A stretch of 64,000 nucleotides of DNA from Balanoglossus misakiensis (Eukaryota > Animalia > Hemichordata), in the NCBI GenBank assembly GCA_040954595.2, contig CM082577.2, positions 7,217,846 through 7,281,845 on the forward strand. The letters are read 5' to 3'. This document shows, in pieces, positions 40,293-53,444 of this stretch (position 1 is the first letter of the stretch; each line of letters begins with the position of its first letter). The position numbers were made by a program, and so were the translations under genes. A model generated the notes under the pieces. The model worked only from the letters and a program-made list of their open reading frames with translations, was not told the origin of the DNA and made no database searches.

Positions 40293-43200
40293 CTCGCAAC
40301 AGTCGTCGATTTTTTCCCTTTCGCCAAGTTCTTGGCGATCCCGACTATCACACTTCAACCGTCGATTTTAAGCGTCGTTCTACATATACTATACAATATG
40401 CCTTCCGCCGGTACGTTGGTATGGCGACCATGTAGCAGTGTCGCGTCTCGATCAAGGTCAAACCTACACGTCGGTGTCAGGCTTCATGTTCATTGGCGCT
40501 AGTATTGATCTCGCGGTATACGGCCGCGATTTTGGACACGTACACGCTGTATGAGGCTTCCTTCAACGTCGCCGACCGTCGTCGCAATGTGACAGCTAAG
40601 CTATCAATGGGCTTTTTCACTCTAGCACTGTATGCACAGTATGACCGGCAATGTTTATTTCAGTCAGCTGACGTAAAGGACATATCACATGACAAATGAA
40701 ACTCGCTAAGGTTGATGGGAGTACCTTGCTATGTACACGGTGTTTGGATATGCGCGTACACGTCATACGTTCGTCAATCAAGTAAATATTCATGAGCCGT
40801 TTTTTTATTCATATACAGTGTTCAAGCTAGTGACTAATTCATTCCAAAAATCATTAGTCACAGCCAGAATTCTTTATCCAAACAAATAATTGACTCACTA
40901 GGCAGGAAAATATAACTAAGGCAGCAGAAAACGGGAAAATGACTCCACACATTGTATGCCGTGTATTGCTTGCGTTTTATGCGGAGACGTTTTTGTACAC
41001 TGCGCCCGCAGACGGCAGAACATTGAATGACTGTCTCATTAGACAGGCGAACCAGCGGAGAAATAAAACGCTGAAAAACGATTATAGGAAAACCCTCCAG
41101 CTCAATATGTCAGCGACACTTCACGTTTGCTGCGGGCTGTGTCAACGCCACCAACCGCCGTATTACTACTCAGTGCGACCTTTGATATCGGACGCGCCGG
41201 CAGGAGGGGGGCATGCACGCCTAAGTGGGTAATATGCTCAATTAGCACCGACAGAGCGAGATGTTCGACAAAACCGTCGCCTAAAAAACGTTTTCCCCTG
41301 CATAATGCAGATGACACCGCTGGCATTGGATGCAGTAAATCCAATTAGACGATTTGCAAGTAAATGATTCAGAAATACACGTAAAAATCCTTCTGGCCGC
41401 GGATAACGTTACCTTTGAATACTTCAAGGCGTGAAACTACACACTGAGCAACCACGTGGGCGATAGACGGGCAACACCAAGCGCGGGGTCATGTAAAACG
41501 GAACGCACTGCTAAGCGATCGTATAATGGTTGTGTCTTTTTTCCATGATGGCTGTTCTTCGTCTATAAGTAAATTAATATCCGGAAAGGGTTCCATGCTA
41601 ATACCTTGTTGTATGGCTTGGATCAGCCCAACAGCCATGTATTAGGTGTGAACAATCTACTATTTAATCAACTTCTTGGCTAATTTAGGACGCATCATTT
41701 GCAGCTGTCAGAGGCCATCTCTTAAAGAAAACACGGCTTTCATGGTCTATTGAGCTCTCACTGCATTTTCCTCATCAAAAACAACTCTTTTCAGGATCAA
41801 CGTCGTATTCTGCAACGACCACCTGTGCGTGCCATAATTCGAGCAGCCGGCCGAATGCATTCTGAACATTGACGTGTTTCTTCTTTGGCACGAATATTCT
41901 ACACTCAAGTTCTCGGTTTCGCCATAGGCACACACATGGGTGCATCACGCGCTTTGTCATCAAGTATGACGGGCACCAGGTGCTTCAATCATAGACTGGT
42001 TATATTCCTGAGCTCCATAAACGCTTGATGGATGAGCGCTTTTGAGCTGCGTCTTACTCGCGTGATGATTGCCCCGATGACGTCATTGATAAGGCGATAA
42101 ATAGTGTCAAGCTTCTAGCCCAGGAGGGTGTCTTGCCTTCTATATCTAACATCCCCACTGTCTGATCACACTCAACTAGTTCTTTCAATATTTATCACCT
42201 CTTAATGAACGTACATGTGAAATTATTTTCACAAGTTATATTTCGTCGTTTACGTCACGTGCATGTCTCATACTGTATCTTCTACAGGCTTTTGATTCGC
42301 TTGGACTTAACGACAATATGTTAACTTACTACATTTTAGTACCCACTGTATGGAAATCAATGATCTTATAGCCCGCGGGCTGAGTGAAGATGACTGTGCT
42401 ATATTATTATTAGGGTAGCATCCACAGAGAGGGAGTTCACATTCGTAAGTTCATTCAGAAGTAATGGTTTTGCTGTCTCCGCCTATAGTAAGTTTAATAT
42501 CAGAGGTATCAAAAACTCTCCCACCAGTGGTGGCGCTCTTAGGGTAAACGAGTATGATCGTTCCGCAAATTTTCAAGATGACCCTTTTCCGAAACCTTTC
42601 AAAACAACGACACTCTACGGCATACATGAGAATACAGAAAAAAGAGACCAAGATACCCCTATTTTACAAAATTTAAGCTGTTGAGAGATAATGTCACAAT
42701 ACAGCGCTCGGTTGTCAAGACTGAATGATCACACTTCATAAGTGATAACAGCACGGAACTGACGCGAATAGCCAATAGTGGATTTTGTAATGTATCTCCA
42801 CTTCGTAAAGGGTCTTATCTGAGTCGCGAGGGAACGAGGCCGCTATTTGTAACACAAAGGCCCGGCTTTGCCGGATTAAACGCAGCTGGTACGCTCTAAC
42901 CTACATGTACCTGTCAAGTCATCAGAGTTCCGCGTAAGCCACGCGTGTTGATTACGCGTTCGAGTAATACTAACAGTTGAGTGTTCGATACACGATAGGG
43001 CATGCGTCGTGGTGCCCCTCCGGTGCGCATCTGCGCTCCGTTTCCATTGCTTTGTTGATCCCCGATTAACTGTCATGGGACGAGGACGCTAGTAGCTACT
43101 GCGGGCTTGACATTTCGCGTGTACGGATCTGTGTGTTGTTTTACTTGGGAGTGAAATGAGAGACGGGCCATCTTTCAGAGACGCAGCTGAATAACAGGTG

Positions 43201-46200
43201 ATGAACATGTCAAGCACGGCAACGACCGTCTTCGCCAGAAACGGCAGTGTCAACTGTACATATTCAACTTGTCAAGAACAGGTAAGGGAAATAGGAAACC
43301 GTTTTACATTTAAGTACAGTTGTTTCGCTTAGTTGTCGGTTTGAATCGGGGTCGTGCCTCTGTTATATTTCAATTTTCAAGGCAAAATCGCTGCCGTTTA
43401 CATTCAACACTACGTACTCAATTTGTCACCAACAAACCAGCCCCGTGCACATTCTTAGCGACGGATGTGTTTATATATACGACGTTTAATTTCGGAGAGC
43501 ACGTGTTATACAGTGCACCCAACATTGACAGACCAGTTCTTAAATTGTACTAAATTGCACGATTCCATTGGGAAAAAAACCGCGAAGGTGGTAATGATTT
43601 TTTAAGTGTGATATTATAACCGAGCGAGAAAGTCACAGTTGAAATAGCCACACAACACAATGAAGATGGCGATTTACTCTTGGGAGAGCGGGGGAAATCT
43701 TGAACAGAGTATACACGCAGTTCTTAAAAAATTACGTCGCGCACAAACACGGTCCCCGTGCTATCTGGGGACCTGTTGTTTTTATCTTTGCTGTCCGCGT
43801 GAACTGGGTTACGTGTCCGTTCGTGAAGCGATTCGATGGTTCAGATGAAAACCAGCAGACGATCAGGTTTGCGGGCAGTGGCAGTAGGTGGGTGTGACGT
43901 GCCGATCGATACGATGTACCAACCGATTGGGAGATCGTGAAGAAAAAAACACAACGACATAGAAATCCCAAGCTCCGAAAAACAAGTTTTTTTTTTAGAT
44001 ATTTTTGACAAGATAGCTAAAAATCCTTGATAAATTAAAAAAAATAGCCAAAATAACGATGCGACAATATATTGGTCTGTTGATGTACGTTGGTTATTTA
44101 AATAATCCGTTTTTACTGTAATCACGAAATATCAATATTTGATGGCGGAACGACGCAAAGTAATATTTACATTATCGTAATGGGTGACCATGACACGCAA
44201 CAGGTTTGCAAGTGCTTGCAATTGGTCAGTGAGTTGCCTTTGCAATTAATGCGGACATCGCGTGGCTTGAAATGTTTCGATTTCGGCGAATTTATGCGAA
44301 ACAATGGCGAAAATACGAGGAAAGTTTCGGCAGTTACACTGTTATAATCAAAAAGAAATTCGGTTCAGAAAAGTAGCGCTTCGAATCAGACGCAAATTCC
44401 AGAGCTCCAGTCGACCGATCCGTTGCCTGGTTACGTGACTACCATTTAGTGAATTAGTCCGTGTGATGAAATTAACTCACATTCCCTTTCGAAGAAAAAA
44501 GTCAAATAACATAATTGCGTCTACATTGTTCCGTCTGCATGCTTACCGTCATACTTCGCGGAGTTTCCGAGTATCATGGGGATCTTTGCAACTTGTCGAT
44601 CACCAGATATGCAGAGTCTTGGGTCCCTAGGGGAAATCTAACATAGCGGTAACAATAAAAGGTAATGTAAAGCCATTACAAAGCTAAGGGGACTTCAAGA
44701 GTCACTGTTGCAATATTTAAAAAAGAAAGATTATATAAAATTTCGTTGATGTATTGTGGCAGAGCGATTTCCCTAACTGTTCCTAACAGTGATTCCATTG
44801 CTATGGCGCCGCGGTAAACATACGTGCGGCAGGTGACATCGTGAAAACGTAAGCCCTTGATTGATGATATATGATGTTTACCATGCTGCGGTATTGTTGA
44901 GATTGTTAATAATTCGCCTAGATTGAAATCAATTGATGTGTGAATTTTAATATAGAAGCGGACATTTTAGAACAAACACTGTGTTCACTTCTCCACTTTC
45001 TAAGCCTAGTCACCGCTTTCGTCTCAAAATGCTGTCACCCCTCTCCCCCTTGTTTCTTCACTGAGCCTGTTACATGTGCTGGAGGTAAAGTATGTCAGCA
45101 GAAAACGCTACTGCACGTACATCACCCAAGTCGTCAGATTTGGATTTCGACAGAGTGGAGTGACAGACATCGTCTAGCTCAGTTGATTGGTTACAACGTA
45201 CGCGCGCAGGTGCGCTGTACCGTGGCAAAACCCAGTGGGCAGAAAGTGCAATTTGTTGACTGTGGTTCGGTTGCCTGTAGCGCGACATACATTCATGTAA
45301 AATGGTCAAGATTCTGCCACAGGATCTTGAAGGCGACAAAGTCTTCGTCGACCCCCTCCCCACCCCTTGATTCTGAGTGGACAATTATTTCAGCGTTGAC
45401 ATTATGTCTACAGCTGCCGATGTGACAACAGCCGACGCCGGTGCAAATACCCTACCAAGCGTACTTTGGTAATCTTGACAAGACATCTTGCGTACTCGCT
45501 GCGCCGAGGGACATAAAAACCCACATATCACAAAGGCCATCGTACAAACGGCAGAGTCATTTAGTAAAGCCAGACCTAGAAGCGAAAAATAAGACGAAAA
45601 GATCAGGTAACACGATTAGCTAAATGCCCTAAAAGAAGTGATTATTTTTATAGACTGGACCAATAATAGCAACAAACTGCTCACTAATGGCATCAGTCAA
45701 TGTACTGTATGATGTACGTCCAAATAACCCATAATGCACGAAAGCACATATTATACGACATAATGTGCGAGTTGGTACAGGGAGGAGAAAATGCCAAAAT
45801 CGCAAAGATGTGCTTGGAAATTAATAAGTATCCACATTTTGCATTTCTTGGGAAACTCTTCATTCAAAAGATTATACATGTGTACGTATACTCTGGGGAG
45901 TGATGTCGTCACAACGAACAATCACTGGGATGGTATCGACACAGCAATTATTATAATGTAATTTAGAATAAATTGGCAACTGTGGACTAACCGACTTCAT
46001 CCCATGAATCTTTCCCATTGCAAGAATGCCATCAGAACATTCGTTGCTCGACACACAAATGTTTTTGATTGTCACCAGAAAATCATTTCCTGGCGTCTAA
46101 ACTCAGCCCAGATTGAGGAAGTAATCTTTAATTGAAGGCCCTTCAAGTGTCAATTCAGCTGGTCGGATCATGATGATGATGATGCTATGTGAAAGATATG

Positions 46201-49200
46201 TCCTAATAATCATTACCATTCGGTGTAAGCCAATAACCTGGTCAAGGAAGCAAGCAAATATAGAGAATAATGAGGATGACAAAAAAAAGGTAATCGTGAG
46301 CCACTGCTAAAGTGGCGGTACCAGGTGATCGGAATGCGTATTAACGTTCCCCGCTACCATGCCAAGCCTGTAAAGATTGACCGAAGGTGACAGATTTAGG
46401 TGACATCATTTGGGATACATATATCTCATATATGGATCCAACATCTTCACATCCATAAAACACCATAAATCGCCGTATTTCAGTGGGACACTTCGCATTC
46501 CATCTCGTTTTGAAACCTGCAGTATAACTCTCTATGTGTGATTATTTCCTTCTGTGCGCATGGTTGCAGATCCTATTAGACTGTTATGGAAATTCATTTC
46601 AAATGAACCCATTGAGTAAATATAACTGTTGAAATAATATGCAGCGACGGCCAGTATTGATTACACTTTACATACCGCTACAGACGTCATTGATTAGTCT
46701 GTCATAATACACAGTAGGATTTATAGTTAGTGCATGGGAAACTGAATAGAGGATAACGGCAACAATGCTTATTTAGTGGACACAACCACGGAGCCTTCCC
46801 CTTAAACGTGACAGGTTGGTGACCCTGTCAGATTTTACCATTCCATGGTGCACAACGCGCACGATTTGTTTGTTTGTTTGTTGACTTTATTTTAATGTTT
46901 GTCTGTTTGTTTGACGGTTTGTTTTTTTGGTTGTAACACTGTCCAGTGTTCGCATTGCATGGTAACTAACCTTGTGAGGTACATTTGTAACCGCAACATA
47001 CGATGGTTGCAGTGAAATGGCTATACTTTACCACGTCAGAAGTGTCTGTTGCTGTCGCGAGATTTTACGCAGTGCCAAACAATTGTGAGGCCTTATCAGC
47101 TTTAGAGACCCTAATCAAATTGTAGCTTCTCCAAGATTGTGTGTCTGAAAGGAAAGCCATGTAAGAATACAGGCTGTAATCGACGAAACACTTTCATAGG
47201 ATACACATGTCAATTTACTGTGAATCTTTCGGCTATTCACGGCCATTAATGTACTTCGATCTTTATGCAGGGCAGTATTTTTTTATCTTGTACTCCACAC
47301 TGTCGCAAGCCGCTTTAAATTTGTAGACTAGAGCGATCGAGTTATCAAATCATGTATTAATTGAAAGTCGTGATGAACAGAAAATAACCGCTGATTGACA
47401 GCTGGACATTACATCCATCCTTAAGCGTTTTACCAGTCGCCAACACACAGATTTAAAATAGAACACAGTAACACAGAACACCTGAAATGATATTTTCAAC
47501 CAGTAAAGGCTTAGGTTTTAGCTTTATTTTCTACAATTTTTTCCTTTGAGGCTAAATAGATACTTACTGTTCATCCTGTGCGCAACGATACTGATATCAA
47601 CATCAGCGCATGTATTAAAGGAAACGTTATAATCGCTTCCAGAAATACACTTCCAGAGTAGGTAATTCAGAACGATGTCTAAGCTCCTCAGTTGCTTTGA
47701 GAAATCTTAAAAGTTTCTTAATGTGCAAAATCCAAAATAAATGAGCGGGCCGCGGATGTTATATTATGTAACTCCGTAAGTCAGCCTCATTCATTTCCGA
47801 CACGCGATGACCGCGCGGTAGTCGACGTCGATCGGACGTCGCCGGACGGACAGCCTTGAAACGGCGAATCCTGCCAATTGGAAGCTTATACCATGATTAT
47901 GTTTTATCGTCCGGGAACGCAACTTGAATAAATAACACGAAATGATCTTTAATTCCTACAGAGAATAACAAGTTTGCATTTGGACAGCTGACATATTTGA
48001 CCCAACACAAATCAGCGTAATATGATGGATCGATACAACTGATAACAGCCGTTATGCCACATATCACATGCCTGTAAATCTGTATTTGTATAGAAAGTCC
48101 TTTGTGTATACATCAGGTGGTGATTGTGCTGATGATAGTGCTAACTTTATCTCTGTATCCTTACGGGAGTTACATTCAAAACTAATTGTGATATCAGTAA
48201 CACGTTTAGCCTTTAATAAGTCACTGACTCCATTGGCACATTTACCTGGCGCGAAACATGTGCACGGATTTTTCTTACCCACATCGTTTGTTCTATATTC
48301 ATCATTTGAACAACACAGCCAGATCTCCCTGGTCCACCATATACACATAAAGACGGTTGCTCTACTGGCTAGTTCGTATCGATTGTCATAAACGAGCATC
48401 TCGTAGGTTTCTGTCCACTTTTCTCTGGTGTCGTCGTACTCTCGCAACGCACTGACCCACGCTCGCTCGTTGCCATGGTTGCGGATACTCGCGCGAGTGC
48501 CAAAGCAGCGCGTGGGATTTCCAGTTTTCCACTGCAATTTGGCACAGCGGAGGCGCTAGAACGGGCGGGTATGACTGGTGCGTCTGACCTCAATCATTAA
48601 AATCCTGATTAATCCTTCCATGATACCCGCGTATATATTAATCATCGCTTCTGTTAATATTTCCCTGCGTGCTATCAGGTGAGACATTGTGTCTCATCGC
48701 AGTACAACAATGGCTTTGTCCCCAGTCTAAGAAAGACAATTTAGTCGACACAAAGACGCTGATCAAAACATCGATAAATCGACTCGTCTTATTTCATTTA
48801 TATCAAAATCGCTTAGCTATAATTAACTTACACCTTTTATCAAGCGTAAGCATCGTCAACTCCAATGAATTGACCGGTGATGTTATGATGTTTGTTTTTT
48901 TTCAAAATATGTTATCGGGGGGGACCTTCATTTTATTTCGCGTGCATGCTTGTTTGGACATATGTCATCCATAGGACCTGAAACGCTAATTTTATGGTGA
49001 ATTTTTAAAAATCAGAAGTCTCACTTCAAGGCCATAGAAACAAATGACGCAAACGCAAGAAAATGCCTGGAAATGGAATAAAATAATCGTTACACAGTGT
49101 GTAATTCAGAGCAGGTTTCTATAAACAAGTCAAACCCCGACCCCTGAGACATCTTTCGAGGTCACTTCTTTCATTCCTTTGATAATCTGTTGCAGAAATA

Positions 49201-52200
49201 TTGTCCGCATAAATCAAGGTAGCCATTTTGAACATTTAGATTTATCGATCTAGATATCTTCCTCGGAAAACACTCGCCTGATAATCCGTGATTATTTTTT
49301 CTGTCACCAATGGTTCTAAATTACCTCTCATAACATGTTATTGTAAACTAAAACAAATTATCTGTCAATGAACGCACGACTTTCGTCACGTGGTCAACAC
49401 TGTACGGCTTTACAATATTTGTGAATGAAGTGCAGTGTATTTGCGCGCATTTCAAAGGTTGCGGTGAAACGGGGTAATTAATTGATATATTTGTCATCTC
49501 TGAAACGTTTTAATGCAATGAAAGGCCCACTTAGTTTCCAGTCAAGTAATAATGACAATGACCTCTATGTGTACCATACCACAATTAATTGCAACCATCC
49601 GGTGCCTGTGCACTCTCAAAGTGTCCCTGAAAAATTTTCATGACACCATTAAACTCATCTTGTGTATAATATTAACCCCACAGTCTTTACGGACGAAAGC
49701 GTATCGCCCATGCCCACGTCATGTATCGCCCACGCGATGCGGATATCCCATAATCCAAAATTGAAAAGCCATACATTCTTGCCGATAAATAAATGTACCT
49801 TCCCTGCGCTACGCCCAATACAAGAACCCGATCACTACCGACAAATAAACCGGTCACGAAATATTGTGCTCCCATTTTTCTGAGACGTGGTTGATTTTTT
49901 TCATTGATTTTTTTCTCTCGCTGTCTATTGCTCGTGTCGTGCGGAATGTCTTTCAAAAATGCAGTATGTGTCCGGCAGCTAATTATTCTCACAACAGCTG
50001 AAGCAAAACTCGAGCTCTTTCATAATGTGCTCACCGTCCTTTGCCAACTGGAAAGCATATGGCCCAATTTCCATCTGCTTGCAAAACATCGACCCGAACA
50101 CGCAATGCCAGTTGTAAAAGTGCTTTAAACATGCGCGGTGGAAGCTGATATATTAACATGACAGTTACTGTCTCTCACGTCAGTTGTAACTTTCTGCGAC
50201 CGATGCCGCAATGTAATAAGGTTCAACCAATTTAAGTGAAGTAATTCGATATGTTCACCAAATTTGGTTGAAAATTATATCATACACACGCATATACACA
50301 TAATATAGGATGATTTTCTCGACCACCCTCCTTCCTTATGGTTTTCAGACAGAGCTTTCTAATTATGCGATCACGCAAAGTTTCGACAAAGTGTAATGAG
50401 CTATCAAAGTATGCTATTGGATCCGGAAATCGGTCACATATGGTAGAAATGACCGACCGACTAAATTGGCTTTGTCCAATGTCAATGTTGCGTGAATACC
50501 TTCTCATCGAGATGGTATTTTCAGTTAATGAGAGCAGCCAGCAGATGTGAAAACGAGTTTCCGTTTGTCCACACCTGGTGGTGTCCAACACGAGAGGTCT
50601 CATCATTTTTTGTCCAACAAAAGGTGAACAGGATGCGCGATCATCAAGCTCTAAATTGGCAACTCGGTCTCTGAGAGATACAAGACACGCTGACACAAAT
50701 GAGCCTCTCAACAAGCATCCGTGTATAAGGAAGGGTTGGGAATTCGAAAGTACAAATAGACTGATGACGCAGCCCATTTCATCCGGTGTCCATGCACAGC
50801 TCAAATACTCAAGATACACCATGGCCACGGCGCATGCTTAGTGTTTGTATACTCACGCCTGAACTAGTTACTAGAGCGGTTTGCACCTGGGCACGGTTAC
50901 TTGACCTGTACTCAGTGCTAACACAGTTCCATTGTTCGGTTTTATCGATCGATCCGAAGTGATAATCGCGCCACGAAAGTTGTCTGAATTTTAAGCGTTA
51001 TATAATTGTGCAATTGTTGTGAAATCAGTTGCCATTATATTGGAAACCTGTAAATCGACTCCCTGTTGACTGACTTCAAAATTAGGTGTTTTGTTATCAT
51101 TTCCATCGTGATAAAAAGATATAAAGTACATGTACTGCGAATCCCCTAGGCAAAGTTTTTGTTCCTTAATCAAAGAATTCAAGACACGAGGGATTTAAAA
51201 GTCGTGACTATTCCATCGCTGCAAATTTACCCCACCGAGATATACTAGTAATTGCAAAGACGATCATGTCTTCAGTATAAAAAACTTTGACTGATTGTAT
51301 AGTGTTTGACTTTTCAATTAGTCGGTTCCTTCTCAGTGTAGTACGCGTGCGCACATGCGTGCAGTGTGCCACGTGCGTGAGACAATTCATAATTACCCGC
51401 ACAATGAAATAGTCGTTGCAATCCAGCCTAATTAGTAGCACTGTTGTCTTGGCCATTATGATAACTATATTTAGTGTGGGCAGTGTTGTTCCCATTTATT
51501 AAGCTGGAGTTCATTATGTGATTGTATAAGGCTAAGTACGTGCACATGCGCATTAATTAACGGATAGTCTTTTAGATGGAATTTTCGTCTACCTAGTCCA
51601 TTTCCACCCCCATCCCCGAGACAACGACTGAACGCTCCCTGAGACGGATAGCATTTCCCAGAACCTATTTACACCCTGCCTTTCACGTGTTATGCAACGA
51701 TGGATGAAGTGAACCCTGTCCGCTTTATGCTCGACATGCGCCTGCCGCGATTTGTTGATTATTAGTTGGTAATTCTTTGTATCATCGGTGTGTCCATTCG
51801 AAGCGTCTGCTGCAAGAATTTGCGTTGCGAGGTCCAGGGAAGGTGCATGATGTTACTCCATCGTAGCTCTGTCATGTTACTGTGAAATAAGGTACCTTTG
51901 CATTTTCACTTAACACTGTGTTGCAGGCTCACAGATTCGCTTCATTACCTGAGCCTATACATGTACGTGCACTTTTTTCCCCATAGGAAACAGACTTTGT
52001 CATAAACGTCTTTTTTTTCTACCTGGTCTTGGAGCGACAGAACTCATTTAACTTGATGCGAATTTATTTTCCATTGTAATTTCAGGAGAACGACTTTGAC
52101 ATGGGATCGGAGAGGTCAATAGCAGAAGTCGCAGTATTATGCGTGTTATTAACAGCAATTATATCAGCTGCCATCTTTGGAAATGCGCTGGTCTGTGTAG

Positions 52201-53201
52201 CCGTGTACCGCAGCAGGACCTTGCGCGGCCAAGTGTCCAACGTTTTCATCGTCAATTTGGCGTTGACGGACTTCCTGAACGCCGCTTTGGTTATGCCGGC
52301 CACTTTCGTGTCCGTGATTGAAAACCGATGGGTTTTATCGGAGCACTGGTGCTATGGCGTGTGCTTCTTAAATTACTGCTTCATCATCGTGTCGATGTGG
52401 ACTCTGGGCCTCGTCTCCATGGACCGATATTTCGCCGTGGTCATGCCGTTTCGGTACACGGCCATCGTCACCCACACGAGGGCGGTTCTCGCCGTGGCGT
52501 TCACCTGGTTTCTGGGGTTCACGTTCGCGTCGCCGCCGGTGTTCATGCGCTGGGTCTGGTACGACAACCTGGAAGCGATATGCGCCATCAACTGGGAGTC
52601 GCACACGCAACAAGTGGTGTCGTACACCCTGTCGGCGTTCGCCGTCTGCTTCTGCGTTCCCGGCCTGGTCATCTTGTTCGCCTACGTGGGGATCTATCGA
52701 GTGGCGAGAAGACACAGCCGACGCATCAGGGCCGAAATCGAACAGGTGGCGCAGTCCAACGTAAACAGCAACGCCAACGGACAGCCCGAACCCACCCGAT
52801 GGGCCTCGGAGAGGTCGAACAGCGATGAGCCGAACCAGAGAAGCCAAAACCAAAAAAGGAAAGGGGCGGACAACAGCAAAGCGTCGCCCAGCAAAGGCAA
52901 AGCCGTCCGGACGATCGTCACAATGGTGGCGGTTTTCTTCGTGTGCCTGACGCCATTTTGCGTCACGAAAGTACTGAAAGCGGTCTACGTTGACAATTAC
53001 ATCGTCGGTGTCTGGATCAACACGGTGGGCGCGCTGCTTGCGTTCTCCAACTCGTGTTGCAACCCCGTCATATATTCCATCACCAGGCGAGACTTCCGCG
53101 CATCGTTCGCGAGAAGTTTGCAGTGCCTCAGGAGACCAAGCAAAATAAACAGTGTTCTGGGGACGGTTGCGTCTGGGACGTCTCCAAATGCTTTAGGATG
53201 A
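43201..53201 (+). CDS. Class A (rhodopsin-family) GPCR, 398 aa, orphan; GPR161/aminergic-like scaffold
   Basis: Main exon 52086-53201 has seven hydrophobic segments and the motifs GN (TM1), NLALTD (TM2), DRY (TM3), CLTP (TM6) and NPVIY (TM7). Acceptor tttcag at 52085 leads in frame into ENDFDM. Upstream exon 43201-43281 (MNMSSTATTVFARNGSVNCTYSTCQEQ|GTAAGG) is phase 0 and carries three N-glycosylation sequons. The 7TM exon is high confidence; the exon-1 link is inferred. Confidence 0.88.
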
Positions 53202-53346
53202 ATTCCACCGCTCCGGTAGCGTGACGGTCGATCATTTTAGTTATTCGAACGTTCCACCCCAGGACAACCAATCTACCTCAATTATTTAAGCAGAACAATT
53301 TAAGCCACAAACGCCACAAGATCCCCACGGATACAGTGAGGAGGAA

Positions 53347-53389
53347 ATGATGATGATGATGATGCTGATGCTGATGCTGATGCTGATGC

Positions 53390-53444
<55 letters not shown>
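53347..53444. repeat. (GAT)n/(GCTGAT)n trinucleotide microsatellite downstream of the GPCR stop
   Basis: Read directly; explains the poly-Met ORF in the track. Confidence 0.97.

Noticed and set aside
41747-41963. Short minus-strand ORFs with a faintly Ig-like stretch (RWSLQNTTLILKRV)
   Set aside because: Lacks the D-x-G-x-Y-x-C signature and has no convincing splice sites.
44940-45425. 161-aa ORF in the GPCR intron
   Set aside because: Non-ATG start, no motifs and no codon bias; probably chance.
48064-48593. 157-aa and 74-aa minus-strand ORFs, possibly a decayed transposon fragment
   Set aside because: No transposase, RT or endonuclease motifs and no terminal repeats recognised; would need a repeat-library search.
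50280-50841. 182-aa minus-strand ORF and overlapping short ORFs
   Set aside because: No recognisable domain or splice context.
52101-53201. Opsin or biogenic-amine receptor assignment
   Set aside because: No Lys at 7.43 and no Asp at 3.32, so no gene symbol is given.
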